Assembly (NCBI GenBank): GCA_016930235.1 | Contig: JAFGHI010000063.1 | Location: forward strand, 799-64,798 | Direction of reading: 5' to 3' | Length of the DNA: 64,000 nt | Source: Candidatus Omnitrophota bacterium | GTDB lineage: Bacteria; Omnitrophota; Omnitrophia; Omnitrophales; Aquincolibacteriaceae | Translations under genes and position numbers: made by a program | Shown here: one piece after another, positions 41,215 to 50,798 of the stretch | Numbering within the stretch: position 1 is the first letter of the stretch | Layout: the number at the start of each line of letters is the position of its first letter | Notes under the pieces: generated by a model | The model's input: the letters and a program-made list of their open reading frames with translations, nothing else | Told to the model about the DNA's origin: nothing | Database searches by the model: none

Positions 41215-42294
41215 GTGATTTTTCTTGATCGCCTAAAAAGGATTGAGGCTAGGTTGTGTGAAGTTGAAAAAGAACTTTCGGACCCCGAGGTAGTTAAAAA
41301 GCAGCCTCAGTTTCAGAAGCTCACGAAAGAATTAGCTGGCCTACGTCCAGTTGTCGAAGCGTTTCAGTCTTATAAAAAGATGGAAAATGAGATGACTGGA
41401 TTGGCGGATCATCTTCAAGAAGGTGACCTCGATCAAGAAATGAGGCGGCTTTATGAGGATGAAATCCGAGCGCTTGAGGCGAGGAAAAAAGAGACGGTTT
41501 TAGAGCTTGAAAAGCTTCTTTTGAAAGAAGACGATCCGAATTCAGGGAGAGATGTTATTGTTGAAATTAGGGCAGGAACGGGCGGAGATGAAGCGACCCT
41601 TTTTGTTGCTAATTTGTTTAGGATGTACTCAAAATATGCGGCTGCTCACCGCTTGTCTTTTGAGGTAATCAATTCCAACCCGACAGGAATTGGGGGATTC
41701 AAGGAAATTTCCTTCGGCGTAGGAGGAATGGATGCTTATGTGCTTTTTAAATATGAGATGGGAATTCACCGGGTTCAAAGGGTACCGGTCACAGAATCGA
41801 GCGGCAGAATTCATACTTCAGCGGTAACGGTGGCTGTGCTCCCGGAAGTTGATGAAGGAGAACTTGAGATAGACCCAAGCGATCTTAAAATCGACGTTTT
41901 TAGAGCTTCGGGGGCGGGTGGGCAGCATGTGAATAAAACCGAATCAGCTGTCCGCATTACGCATCTACCGTCAGGGGTTGTTGTGAGTTGTCAGGATGAA
42001 CGGTCTCAGCATAAGAATCGGGCAAAGGCCATGCGGGTGTTAAGGGCAAGGCTTTATGATGCTATGCAGCAAAAACAAATGGCCGAAATAGCCAAGCAAA
42101 GAAAAGATCAAATTGGATCAGGGGATCGCTCCGGGAAAATAAGGACTTATAACTTTCCAGATCAACGAGTTACGGATCATCGAATCGGTTTGACTTTGCA
42201 TAGCCTCGATGATATTTTAGACGGCCATTTAGAGCCCATCGTTCAGGCTTTAGAGCAGGACGAAAGAGAGCGGAAACTCACAGATGCAGCATGA
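41215..42294 (+). CDS. prfA: Peptide chain release factor 1
   Basis: [21 protein letters not shown] (PxT), [15 protein letters not shown]. Confidence 0.98.
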   Translation: MIFLDRLKRIEARLCEVEKELSDPEVVKKQPQFQKLTKELAGLRPVVEAFQSYKKMENEMTGLADHLQEGDLDQEMRRLYEDEIRALEARKKETVLELEKLLLKEDDPNSGRDVIVEIRAGTGGDEATLFVANLFRMYSKYAAAHRLSFEVINSNPTGIGGFKEISFGVGGMDAYVLFKYEMGIHRVQRVPVTESSGRIHTSAVTVAVLPEVDEGELEIDPSDLKIDVFRASGAGGQHVNKTESAVRITHLPSGVVVSCQDERSQHKNRAKAMRVLRARLYDAMQQKQMAEIAKQRKDQIGSGDRSGKIRTYNFPDQRVTDHRIGLTLHSLDDILDGHLEPIVQALEQDERERKLTDAA

Positions 42295-43217
42295 GAACCG
42301 CGGCTAGACCTAAGAGTTTAAATACCCGTAAGTTGGGGCCTATCTATTCATTGGGGAAGGTCGAGGTAAGCCGTCTCCTTCAGTGGGGGAGGAGAGAGCT
42401 TCGAGATCTCGGAGAAGAAGAGGCCCGGGCGAGCGCTGAACGGTTGTTGGAAGAAATACTTCAGATCAACCGTTCAGCGGTGTACTTAGATCTCGCAAAA
42501 GAAGTCACCCAAGACCAAGCCAAAGAATTCAGCAGGCTTGTGATTCTCCGCAAGGAGAGGATGCCCCTTGCTTATTTAGTGAAGAGGGCTTATTTTCGGG
42601 ACGAAGTAGTGGAAGTTGGGCCAGGTTGTTTGATCCCGAGACCTGAAACGGAGTTGCTCATTGAAAATTTTCTTAAAGAAGATCAGGATGTCCTCACGAG
42701 AGATTTCGAATTTCTCGATTTGGGAACTGGCTCAGGCGCCTTGGGGATTTCGCTCTTAAGGGTTCTTCCTCGAGCGCGAGGGACGCTTTCAGATATTTCT
42801 CCTGAAGCGCTTGAATATGCCGAATCAAATCTAAAACGGTATAAACTCGAGGAACGAAGTCGGATAATTTTATCGGACTTATTTGAATGCTTTAAAAGGC
42901 AGAAGGCCGTCCCAAAGTGGGATGCTATTTTCTGCAATGCTCCTTACCTTTCAGCCAAAGATCTTCGGGAGGCACAACCCGAGATTTGTTTTGAGCCAAG
43001 GGTTGCCTTGGATGGAGGTGAGGACGGACTCGATTTTTATCGCAGACTTTTTCGAGAGTGTGCGAATTTTTTGAAATGCCATGGGGCTCTCATTTTAGAA
43101 ATCGGCTCAACGCAAAGGGAAAGATTAACCTTGATGATTCGCGAACTGAACTTATTTTCATCGGTTCATAGTTATCAAGATTTAGCCGGGCTGGATCGAG
43201 TCATCATAGCCCGATAG
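42291..43217 (+). CDS. prmC: Release factor glutamine methyltransferase
   Basis: [19 protein letters not shown] (NPPY variant), [13 protein letters not shown]; follows prfA. Confidence 0.94.
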   Translation: MRTAARPKSLNTRKLGPIYSLGKVEVSRLLQWGRRELRDLGEEEARASAERLLEEILQINRSAVYLDLAKEVTQDQAKEFSRLVILRKERMPLAYLVKRAYFRDEVVEVGPGCLIPRPETELLIENFLKEDQDVLTRDFEFLDLGTGSGALGISLLRVLPRARGTLSDISPEALEYAESNLKRYKLEERSRIILSDLFECFKRQKAVPKWDAIFCNAPYLSAKDLREAQPEICFEPRVALDGGEDGLDFYRRLFRECANFLKCHGALILEIGSTQRERLTLMIRELNLFSSVHSYQDLAGLDRVIIAR

Positions 43218-43223
43218 GATACA

Positions 43224-44489
43224 ATGGATAAAATTGTCATTACTGGCGGGAGAAAATTAAAGGGCGACATTGAAATTTCGGGCGCGAAGAATGCGGCTTT
43301 GCCCATCATGGCGGCTGCACTCCTAACAGATGAAGAATCGGTGATTGAGAATGTCCCTGATCTCAGAGACATTCAAACGATGATTAGATTGTTGAGGTCC
43401 TTGGGTGTAAAAGCTCTTTATGATCATGGGCGCGTTTTGGTTCGACCGGGGAAAAGTTTAAAGCCGATTGCTTCTTATAAATTAGTGAGTACAATGCGTG
43501 CTTCCGTGTGTGTTTTGGGGCCCCTTCTTGCTCGGATGGGAGAGGCTCAAGTATCCTTGCCCGGTGGTTGCGTGATCGGGCCCAGACCCATTGATCTTCA
43601 TCTAAAAGGACTTGAAGCTTTAGGTGCGCAGATCGAGGTTCAGCACGGTTATGTGAATGCCCGGGCGATTAAGAAATTGAAGGGCAATGATATTTATTTG
43701 GGAGGAGCTTTTGGCTCCTCAGTTTTAGCAACAGCCAATGTGATGATGGCGGCCGTTCTTGCTCGTGGAGTGACCACGATAGAGAATGCGGCTTGTGAAC
43801 CCGAGATTGTTGATTTGGCTCGATTTTTGAAAAAAATGGGTGCTAAGATAGCCGGAGAAGGATCCCCAAGTATTGAAATTGAAGGAGTTAAAAAGTTAAA
43901 GGGAGTCCGTTATGGGATAATTCCCGACCGGATTGAAGCGGGGACTTATATGGTGGCCTCCGCGATGGCGGGAGGGGATGTGAATATCCGGCAAGTGGAG
44001 CCGAGCCATCAAAATGCTTTGATCGATAAATTTCGGGAAGCGGGCATCCGCGTGGATAAAATGAAGACATCCATCCGTATCCGGCGATCAGGCCGTTTGA
44101 AACCGGTTGATGTGGCAACTCTTTCATATCCCGGGTTTCCAACGGATCTACAGGCTCAGATGATGGCGTTAATGACGGTGACACCTGGAATTAGTGTGAT
44201 CACCGAAAAAATTTATCCTGATCGATTTATGCATGTCAGTGAATTAAACAGAATGGGCGCAAGAATTTTCCTAGAGGGCCCAAGCGCAATTGTTCATGGC
44301 GTCAAACGCTTGAGCGGGGCTCCTGTGATGGCTTCCGATTTGAGGGCAAGCGCGGCTCTTGTCATTGCCGGACTTGTTGCGGAGGGAACGACAGAAGTAC
44401 AGCGTGTCTATCATTTAGACCGTGGGTATGAGAAGTTAGAAATTAAATTATCTTCGTTGGGGGCATCGGTCCACCGCGAAAAAGAGTAA
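43224..44489 (+). CDS. murA: UDP-N-acetylglucosamine 1-carboxyvinyltransferase
   Basis: SGAKNAALP, LPGGCVIGPRPIDLH, PGFPTDLQAQ, DLRA, HLDRGYE. Confidence 0.98.
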   Translation: MDKIVITGGRKLKGDIEISGAKNAALPIMAAALLTDEESVIENVPDLRDIQTMIRLLRSLGVKALYDHGRVLVRPGKSLKPIASYKLVSTMRASVCVLGPLLARMGEAQVSLPGGCVIGPRPIDLHLKGLEALGAQIEVQHGYVNARAIKKLKGNDIYLGGAFGSSVLATANVMMAAVLARGVTTIENAACEPEIVDLARFLKKMGAKIAGEGSPSIEIEGVKKLKGVRYGIIPDRIEAGTYMVASAMAGGDVNIRQVEPSHQNALIDKFREAGIRVDKMKTSIRIRRSGRLKPVDVATLSYPGFPTDLQAQMMALMTVTPGISVITEKIYPDRFMHVSELNRMGARIFLEGPSAIVHGVKRLSGAPVMASDLRASAALVIAGLVAEGTTEVQRVYHLDRGYEKLEIKLSSLGASVHREKE

Positions 44490-44547
44490 TAAAAGTAAGG
44501 ACCTAATATTTTGTTCAAAGGTTCTTACTTAAAAGAGGAGGTTTCAA

Positions 44548-44811
44548 TTGGCAGTTCGAATTCGATTAAAACGTTTCGGAACTAAAAATCGCTTGCAGTG
44601 GCGCGTAGTTGTCTCTGATGTCAAAATGCCGCGGGATGGCCGGTTTATCGAAGAAATCGGTTATTATGACCCGCTTCCTATTGATGAAAAGTTTGTGATT
44701 CAAAAGGACAGGCTGGATTATTGGTTGGGACAAGGTGCGCAGCTGAGTAGTTCGGTTAGAAGCTTGCTGAAACGGGCAAATAAAAAAGCCAAGAAGACAG
44801 CAAAAGCTTAA
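44548..44811 (+). CDS. rpsP: 30S ribosomal protein S16
   Basis: AVRIRLKRFG, RDGRFIEEIGYYDP, WLGQGAQ. Confidence 0.97.
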   Translation: MAVRIRLKRFGTKNRLQWRVVVSDVKMPRDGRFIEEIGYYDPLPIDEKFVIQKDRLDYWLGQGAQLSSSVRSLLKRANKKAKKTAKA

Positions 44812-44826
44812 ATAGTCTGGATTGAA

Positions 44827-45519
44827 ATGAAACTTGAGATTGACATCGTGACGCTGTTTCCTCGCTTTTTCGATGGGCCTCTTCAAGAATCCATTCTTAA
44901 CCGTGCCCAACAAAAGCAGCACGTCAAGATTAGGGTTCACGATCTCAGAAAATACACGCATGATCGGCACAAAACCGCTGATGATAAACCGTTTGGCGGT
45001 GGTGCTGGCATGGTAATGAAGCCCGAACCAATTTTTGAGTGTGTAGAGGATATCCGGAAAAAAGGGTGGGTTGTTTTGCTCGATCCTCAAGGCGAGAGGA
45101 TGACACAGAGAATGGCTGCCCGATTGGCAAGAAAGCGACACATTATTTTTATCGCGGGGCATTATGAAGGTGTCGATCATCGAGTTAAAGAACACCTTGT
45201 TGATCAAGAAATCTCAGTCGGTGATTTTGTGACGATGGGGGGAGAAGCGCCTGCCGTATGTATTTTAGAAGCTGTGATCAGGCTTTTACCAGGCGTTTTA
45301 GGGAACAAAGATTCTCTAGTGCATGAAAGTTTCCAATCAGGATTGCTAGAGTACCCTCAATATACGCGTCCGAGGAATTTCCGCGGATGGAAGGTCCCAG
45401 ATATTTTGATGTCAGGGAATCATTGTGAAGTGGAAAAATGGCGCTCGCGAATAGCTCGTCAGTTAACGCAAAAAAAAAGACCTGATTTGTTAAAACTGAG
45501 TCAAAAAAGAAAAACTTAA
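44827..45519 (+). CDS. trmD: tRNA (guanine-N1)-methyltransferase
   Basis: VTLFP, DDKPFGGGAGMVM, GHYEGVD, LLEYPQYTRP. Confidence 0.98.
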   Translation: MKLEIDIVTLFPRFFDGPLQESILNRAQQKQHVKIRVHDLRKYTHDRHKTADDKPFGGGAGMVMKPEPIFECVEDIRKKGWVVLLDPQGERMTQRMAARLARKRHIIFIAGHYEGVDHRVKEHLVDQEISVGDFVTMGGEAPAVCILEAVIRLLPGVLGNKDSLVHESFQSGLLEYPQYTRPRNFRGWKVPDILMSGNHCEVEKWRSRIARQLTQKKRPDLLKLSQKRKT

Positions 45520-45554
45520 TTGGTAATAATTCAATAGGGAATGAGGAGAAAACG

Positions 45555-45869
45555 GTGAAAGCGATTGAATGGATCGAAAAAGAAGTGAAGAAAAAGAAGG
45601 TTCCTGACTTTCGGCCAGGGGATACTTTGAAAGTTCATATTCGGGTCAAAGAAGGGGACAAAACACGCACTCAGCTTTTTGAAGGCGTTTGTATCCGACG
45701 ACGGGGGGTTGGGATCAATGCAAGTTTTTCGGTGGTTCGGGAAAGTCATGGGGATATAATCGAAAAACTATTCCCGCTTTACTCACCCAATGTTGAAAAG
45801 ATTGTAGTCAGCCGCAAAGGCAAAGCTAAGCGGGCCAAACTTTATCATCTTAGGAAAAAGAAAAGCTAA
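45555..45869 (+). CDS. rplS: 50S ribosomal protein L19
   Basis: FRPGDTLKVH, QLFEGVCI, RAKLYHLR. Confidence 0.97.
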   Translation: MKAIEWIEKEVKKKKVPDFRPGDTLKVHIRVKEGDKTRTQLFEGVCIRRRGVGINASFSVVRESHGDIIEKLFPLYSPNVEKIVVSRKGKAKRAKLYHLRKKKS

Positions 45870-45888
45870 TTATTGATTAAGGAGTGCA

Positions 45889-46536
45889 GTGGAATCAGAG
45901 CGGTTCGATTGCCTTCGCGCTTTTGATCTGTCCGAAATTTCGGACAGGGGGAATTTGTTGGCAGGAGTTGATGAAGCCGGCCGGGGGCCACTCGCGGGGC
46001 CGGTTGTTGCCGCAGCGGTTATCCTTCCAATTAACGTTGTGATTCTTGGTTTGAACGATTCAAAGAAAATCTCACCCCGCCGCCGTGAGATTCTTTATGA
46101 AGACATTAAAGGGAAGTGTCTTGTGGGGGTCGGTATTGCCGATGAACAAGAGATCGATACCTTGAATATCCTGCAAGCTTCCCGTTTAGCCATGAAAAAA
46201 GCTGTGCTCGCCCTTCCTTGTACGCCCGATTTAGTATTAATAGATGGTCGCGAAACGTTGGATCTTGCTTTCCCTCAAAAGGCCGTTATCGGCGGGGATG
46301 GAAAATCAGCAAGCATTGCGGCTGCGTCAATTATTGCGAAGGTTTATCGCGACCGGTTAATGGACGAGTGGCATGAAACTTATCCCGCCTATAACTTTAA
46401 GAAGCATAAAGGTTATCCAACCCGTGATCATATTCAGAAAATCAGGGAGGTCGGGCCTTGCCCTATCCATCGGAAAAGCTTTGGACCCGTTCAAGAAGCA
46501 TGGCAGCAGCTCGGAATAACAGAAAATTCATTTTGA
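45889..46536 (+). CDS. rnhB: Ribonuclease HII
   Basis: GVDEAGRGPLAGPVVAAAV, DSKK, IAAASIIAKV, HRKSF. Confidence 0.97.
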   Translation: MESERFDCLRAFDLSEISDRGNLLAGVDEAGRGPLAGPVVAAAVILPINVVILGLNDSKKISPRRREILYEDIKGKCLVGVGIADEQEIDTLNILQASRLAMKKAVLALPCTPDLVLIDGRETLDLAFPQKAVIGGDGKSASIAAASIIAKVYRDRLMDEWHETYPAYNFKKHKGYPTRDHIQKIREVGPCPIHRKSFGPVQEAWQQLGITENSF

Positions 46537-46916
46537 AGAAGGATTTCAATTTCTCTTTGGGAAAGCGCGGAGAAATCATGGCTTGGAATTATTTGATCGA
46601 AAAAGGTTACAAGCTTCTTGAAAAAAATTACAGCTGTCGCTTGGGCGAAATTGATGTAGTAGCAAAAAAAGAAGGTCGGTACCGGTTCGTTGAGATTAAA
46701 ACTCGTGCTCAAAAGCGGTTCGGTATGCCGGAGGAATCCGTGCATCACGTTAAACAAAAAAGACTTGTTCGGCTGGCTTTATGGTATCTTAAAGAAAAGA
46801 AATTGGGTGAACCTCCCGTCAGTTTTGATGTTTTGTCGGTTTACTATGATGGCGAGGATGAACCAGGAATCCGGCTTATTGAAAATGCCTTTTCTGTCGA
46901 TAATGAAATCGGATAA
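46533..46916 (+). CDS. yraN: YraN family (UPF0102) nuclease
   Basis: LGKRGE, GEIDVVA, FVEIKTR, FDV; TTGA overlap with rnhB. Confidence 0.92.
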   Translation: MKKDFNFSLGKRGEIMAWNYLIEKGYKLLEKNYSCRLGEIDVVAKKEGRYRFVEIKTRAQKRFGMPEESVHHVKQKRLVRLALWYLKEKKLGEPPVSFDVLSVYYDGEDEPGIRLIENAFSVDNEIG

Positions 46917-49328
46917 ATGAATCATCTTTCTCGGCTTTTAACCAATTTATTAAAACCTTTAATTGAAATTCGCCCTGGCGAGCGCGCTAAAACGCTTGTC
47001 ATGTTCGTCTATTTCTTCCTGATTATCGCTTCGGTCTGGATCTTAAAACCCGTCAGGGACTCACTTTTCCTTGAAGAGCTCGGGGCAAAAAATCTTCGCT
47101 ATATTTACATTGCCGAAGCCGGTTTTATGGTTGCTATTGTTTGGGGGTTTTCGCAATTTGCCAGGAGGGTGACCCAAAAGGTTCTTTATACAGGAGTCTT
47201 ATCGTTTTATATCGTGTGCCTTTTATTTTTTTGGATTTTGTTTCATTGGAAAGTTCCCTATCTATCTTTCTTTTTCTATATCTGGGTTGCGTCTTATTCC
47301 ATTGCAATGACAACGTTATTCTTTACTTTGGCCAATGATATCTTTAATCCCCAAGAAGCGAGGCGTCTGTTTGGCCTTATTCTCAGCGGAGGGAGCATTG
47401 GAGGAGTTCTTGGAGGATTGATAACGGAAAAACTGGCTGTTTTGCTTCATACTGAGAATCTTTTACTGGTGGTTGCTGTTATTATTAGCGCGTGTTGCCT
47501 TTTAGTTGGGATGATGTGGAAACACATTTCTCCGACCATCGATCACGCACCTCTTCCTAATGATCCCCCTCAAGAAAACAAGGGTAAAGCTGAACAGACG
47601 GTCCCTTTCCCGTCCGCGAAGAAACTTTTTACTGGATCTTCTTATTTGATGATGCTGGCGGGCCTCGTCATGATCGTTAAGATATCTTCTGCTGTTGTGG
47701 ACAATCAATTTAAAGGTATCGTTGAAGCATCGATTATCGGACTTGATTCCCGGACAGCTTTTTTGGGAGGATTTTTTAAGTGGCTCAATGCAGCTTCCTT
47801 TTTTAGCCAACTGTTTTTGACAAGTTTGGCTTTGAGATATTTAGGGGTCGGAATTTCCCTCTGGATTTTGCCGGTAGGACTGGCCATCGGGTCTGTTTTT
47901 AGTTTCTTGAATCCTATTCTTTTGACTGGGGGGGCTATAAAACTTTTTGACGGCAGTGGAAATTATTCGATTCAACAAGCGTGTCGGGAAGTTCTTTATC
48001 TACCGGTTCCGAGCAAGGTTCGGTATAGGGTCAAGCCGGTTATCGACATGCTGGGATTTCGTATTGCGAAGGGGTTGGGGGGTCTTTATATTGCCATTTT
48101 TGCCCCATTGCTTGGATTAGCTAATGAAAGATTAAGCTTGCTCGTTCTTCTTTTAATTCCCTTTTGGTTCATTCTTGCTTGGAGAATGAAAAAAGGATAT
48201 TCAAAGCTTTTGAAGGAACGGCTTGTTAAGAAGGGCAAATTTGATCAAGCTGTAAAAGCGCAGAGAGCGACGGATGTCTTGAGTATTCTCCATGACGAAA
48301 AAGGTTTTCATGATATCAAAGCTTTCATGAATCATCGATCTTCTTATGCTCGAAAATTGGCGGCGGCTGCTTATTTAGCCTATGCAAAGGCATCTAAGGA
48401 TGTTGGGCCGGCCAGGATTTTTATCAATCAGATGATTCAGCAGGAGGCATTTGACCAGGTTGAAGAGGCGGTCAATCAAGAGGGTTTGTTTGAGCGGGAT
48501 ATCTGTTTCTTGCAAGAATTGCTACAAGGAGAGGTGAAGGAAAAAGTTCCTAATGATGCAACATTCCGGGATTATTTGGACCGACATTCAGAAAGCGTTT
48601 TGTTGAAATTGGGAACAATTTTAAGGGATCCGGATTTGGGGTTGGCTATCAAGAGAAGAGCGGTTAGGCTAACAGAGATGATTCCCAAACAAGAATCGGT
48701 CGATCTTTTGCTTCACACACTTGCCAGCGCACAAGAGCATGCTTTCCGTTTCGTCATGATTAAAGCGCTGAATCGTTTGCAGACGCAAGACAAGACTTTG
48801 CGAATGAACCGATTTCTGATTAAAAGTGAGATTTCGAGAGAGGCAAAGATTCATGATAAAATTCAAAAAATCAGGTATTTTTACCATCAGCAACCATCCG
48901 TTACCGGTTCGGAAGATTATTTGGAAGTAGCGCTTAAGGCGATTTTGGAGGAGAGCCTTGAAAGGATTTTTTATTATCTTAATCTTTTGTATCCCGAGGA
49001 AGGGATTTTGGTCATTTTTGAGAGGATTCAGGAATATGCCGAAGATGATCCAGTTCGAGCGCATGCAGTTGAGCTTCTGAGCAATACTGTCGAGACAGAT
49101 CTTCATATTATTATTCACAAAATTTTGGATGGGCGAAAACTTCTGAAGGTAAAAGAAAGAGATATTATCGAAATTCTGAAAAATTTTGCAGGATCCCAAG
49201 ACCGTTGGTTTTCCATCACGAGTTACTTTTTGCTCTCAGGTCTTGGACTGACACAAAAATGGCCTGAACTAGCAGAGCTCGAAATTTTTCAGGATCTTGA
49301 TAGCAACCCATTTAAAGCAGAAACTTGA
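46917..49328 (+). CDS. TLC/Npt-family nucleotide (ATP/ADP) translocase with C-terminal helical (HEAT-like) domain
   Basis: About 12 TM in the first ~430 aa; ILKPVRDSLFL, ANDIFNPQEARRLFGLI, LYLPVP...RVKPVID; helical C-terminal ~370 aa. Confidence 0.85.
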   Translation: MNHLSRLLTNLLKPLIEIRPGERAKTLVMFVYFFLIIASVWILKPVRDSLFLEELGAKNLRYIYIAEAGFMVAIVWGFSQFARRVTQKVLYTGVLSFYIVCLLFFWILFHWKVPYLSFFFYIWVASYSIAMTTLFFTLANDIFNPQEARRLFGLILSGGSIGGVLGGLITEKLAVLLHTENLLLVVAVIISACCLLVGMMWKHISPTIDHAPLPNDPPQENKGKAEQTVPFPSAKKLFTGSSYLMMLAGLVMIVKISSAVVDNQFKGIVEASIIGLDSRTAFLGGFFKWLNAASFFSQLFLTSLALRYLGVGISLWILPVGLAIGSVFSFLNPILLTGGAIKLFDGSGNYSIQQACREVLYLPVPSKVRYRVKPVIDMLGFRIAKGLGGLYIAIFAPLLGLANERLSLLVLLLIPFWFILAWRMKKGYSKLLKERLVKKGKFDQAVKAQRATDVLSILHDEKGFHDIKAFMNHRSSYARKLAAAAYLAYAKASKDVGPARIFINQMIQQEAFDQVEEAVNQEGLFERDICFLQELLQGEVKEKVPNDATFRDYLDRHSESVLLKLGTILRDPDLGLAIKRRAVRLTEMIPKQESVDLLLHTLASAQEHAFRFVMIKALNRLQTQDKTLRMNRFLIKSEISREAKIHDKIQKIRYFYHQQPSVTGSEDYLEVALKAILEESLERIFYYLNLLYPEEGILVIFERIQEYAEDDPVRAHAVELLSNTVETDLHIIIHKILDGRKLLKVKERDIIEILKNFAGSQDRWFSITSYFLLSGLGLTQKWPELAELEIFQDLDSNPFKAET

Positions 49329-49409
49329 TGGCCAGCCTCTAGCTTTGTTTTCGGGCGATAAGATTAACCTAAGTGCTTTTAAACGGGTGCGTTAAGAAAA
49401 GACAAGCCC

Positions 49410-49438
49410 TTGTCGAAAATTAATCAACAGGGTATAAT
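49410..49438 (+). promoter_or_regulatory. sigma70 promoter upstream of the Omp85-family gene
   Basis: TTGTCG (49410-49415), 17 nt spacer, TATAAT (49433-49438). Confidence 0.6.
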
Positions 49439-49454
49439 GTTTTTACTTTAACAG

Positions 49455-50798
49455 ATGGGGCGTATGAAACATTGCAGAACTTCTTTTTATAAAGTAGCTT
49501 TCTTTTTCCTCGGCGTTTTGTTTATTGCCAGTCCTCTTTTTGCCCAAGATCTCTCCTATGATCGGTATACGGAAACTCTGCGGGAGCCTGAAGCGCCCTC
49601 TCGGGTCGGGCGGAGTATTGCTCATTTCCTTGTTTATCCGTTTGAAATTATTCGCTATGGGACGGATAAGACCTTGGTAGCAATCGAAAAGCATCACATT
49701 GACAAAAAAGTGAAATGGATTTATGAAAAAATTCAAAGCTATGGCATTAGTCCGCATCTTAATTTTGTAAGTATGAGCAATCGCTCATATGGAGCCGACA
49801 TCGATTTTATACGGCTCGTTCAGAAGAAAGAGTATTTGCCCGATTCGACATTGAGTGGGTGGGTTCGGTGGGCTGAGGACGGATATTTTCGAGCAGGAGG
49901 AAAGGTCGGATGGAGCCTCATCAAGGGGACTGGTCTTAGGACTTTCGGTATTGCCAATTATGAAAATCGTCACGAGGAACATTTTTACGGGGTAGGCCCC
50001 CATTCAAGTGCAGGGGATGGAGCCGTTTTCTCATGGGAAGAAACGAAGTTGGAATATCAGTTAGGATACAGCAAGACTCCGGAATGGGGCATTGACGGGA
50101 AATTTAGTTATCGTAATGTGAATATCTCAGGCGGGCGGGATGGTGGTAGGGGGCAAATCGGAGAAATTCCCACTTTCAGTGAAGAAAGGATACCGGGTTT
50201 TCATGGGGATTCCTTTTTAACCTGGAAGCTTGAAGTGATTCATGATACGCGTAATCAAAAAGAAAATTCCACGATAGGGGGGATGCAGCGATTCGGTTTC
50301 AGCTTTAACGAGGGATTAAATAGTTCGCTGGCGCGTTTTTTTCGATATGAAACAGAAGTGAGTCATTATTTTCGCCTGGGGGCCGACCGGAGGGTTTTAG
50401 CCTTTCATTTCTATGGGGAACACAATGATGAAGTAAACAACGGGCAGGTACCTTTCCACCAAATGGCAAAATTAGGCGGGTACGGAACTAGCCCGCATAT
50501 GAGTCATACGCTACGAGGCTATGATTTTAACCGTTTTTTTGATGAGAGCGCCTTGCTTTTCAATATAGAATACCGTTATACAATATGGGAATATCGTGAT
50601 TATAAATTAGATACGGTCTTTTTCTGGGACGAAGGCCAGGTTTTTGGCGAATTCAGTGAATTTCAGTTAAGTGATTTCAGGGAATCTTACGGAATAGGGT
50701 TCCGATTAAGCGTTGCGAATGTCATGTTTTTAGCTCTTGAAGTTGCACATGGAGATGAGGGTACCAATCTATATGTTAAAGGAAGCAGCCCATTTTAA
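49455..50798 (+). CDS. Omp85 (BamA/TamA)-family outer-membrane beta-barrel without evident POTRA domains
   Basis: Signal peptide; HDTRN, LGG...LRGYDFNRF, EYRY, YGIGFR, terminal Phe. Confidence 0.85.
   Translation: MGRMKHCRTSFYKVAFFFLGVLFIASPLFAQDLSYDRYTETLREPEAPSRVGRSIAHFLVYPFEIIRYGTDKTLVAIEKHHIDKKVKWIYEKIQSYGISPHLNFVSMSNRSYGADIDFIRLVQKKEYLPDSTLSGWVRWAEDGYFRAGGKVGWSLIKGTGLRTFGIANYENRHEEHFYGVGPHSSAGDGAVFSWEETKLEYQLGYSKTPEWGIDGKFSYRNVNISGGRDGGRGQIGEIPTFSEERIPGFHGDSFLTWKLEVIHDTRNQKENSTIGGMQRFGFSFNEGLNSSLARFFRYETEVSHYFRLGADRRVLAFHFYGEHNDEVNNGQVPFHQMAKLGGYGTSPHMSHTLRGYDFNRFFDESALLFNIEYRYTIWEYRDYKLDTVFFWDEGQVFGEFSEFQLSDFRESYGIGFRLSVANVMFLALEVAHGDEGTNLYVKGSSPF

Noticed and set aside
42930-42950. 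NAPY instead of NPPY in PrmC
   Set aside because: A single substitution with the rest of the protein and the prfA synteny intact; not enough to claim altered function
44566-45207. 213-aa minus-strand ORF and the many other 60-180 aa overlapping ORFs in the track
   Set aside because: They lie antisense or out of frame to well-supported conserved genes and show no recognisable motifs
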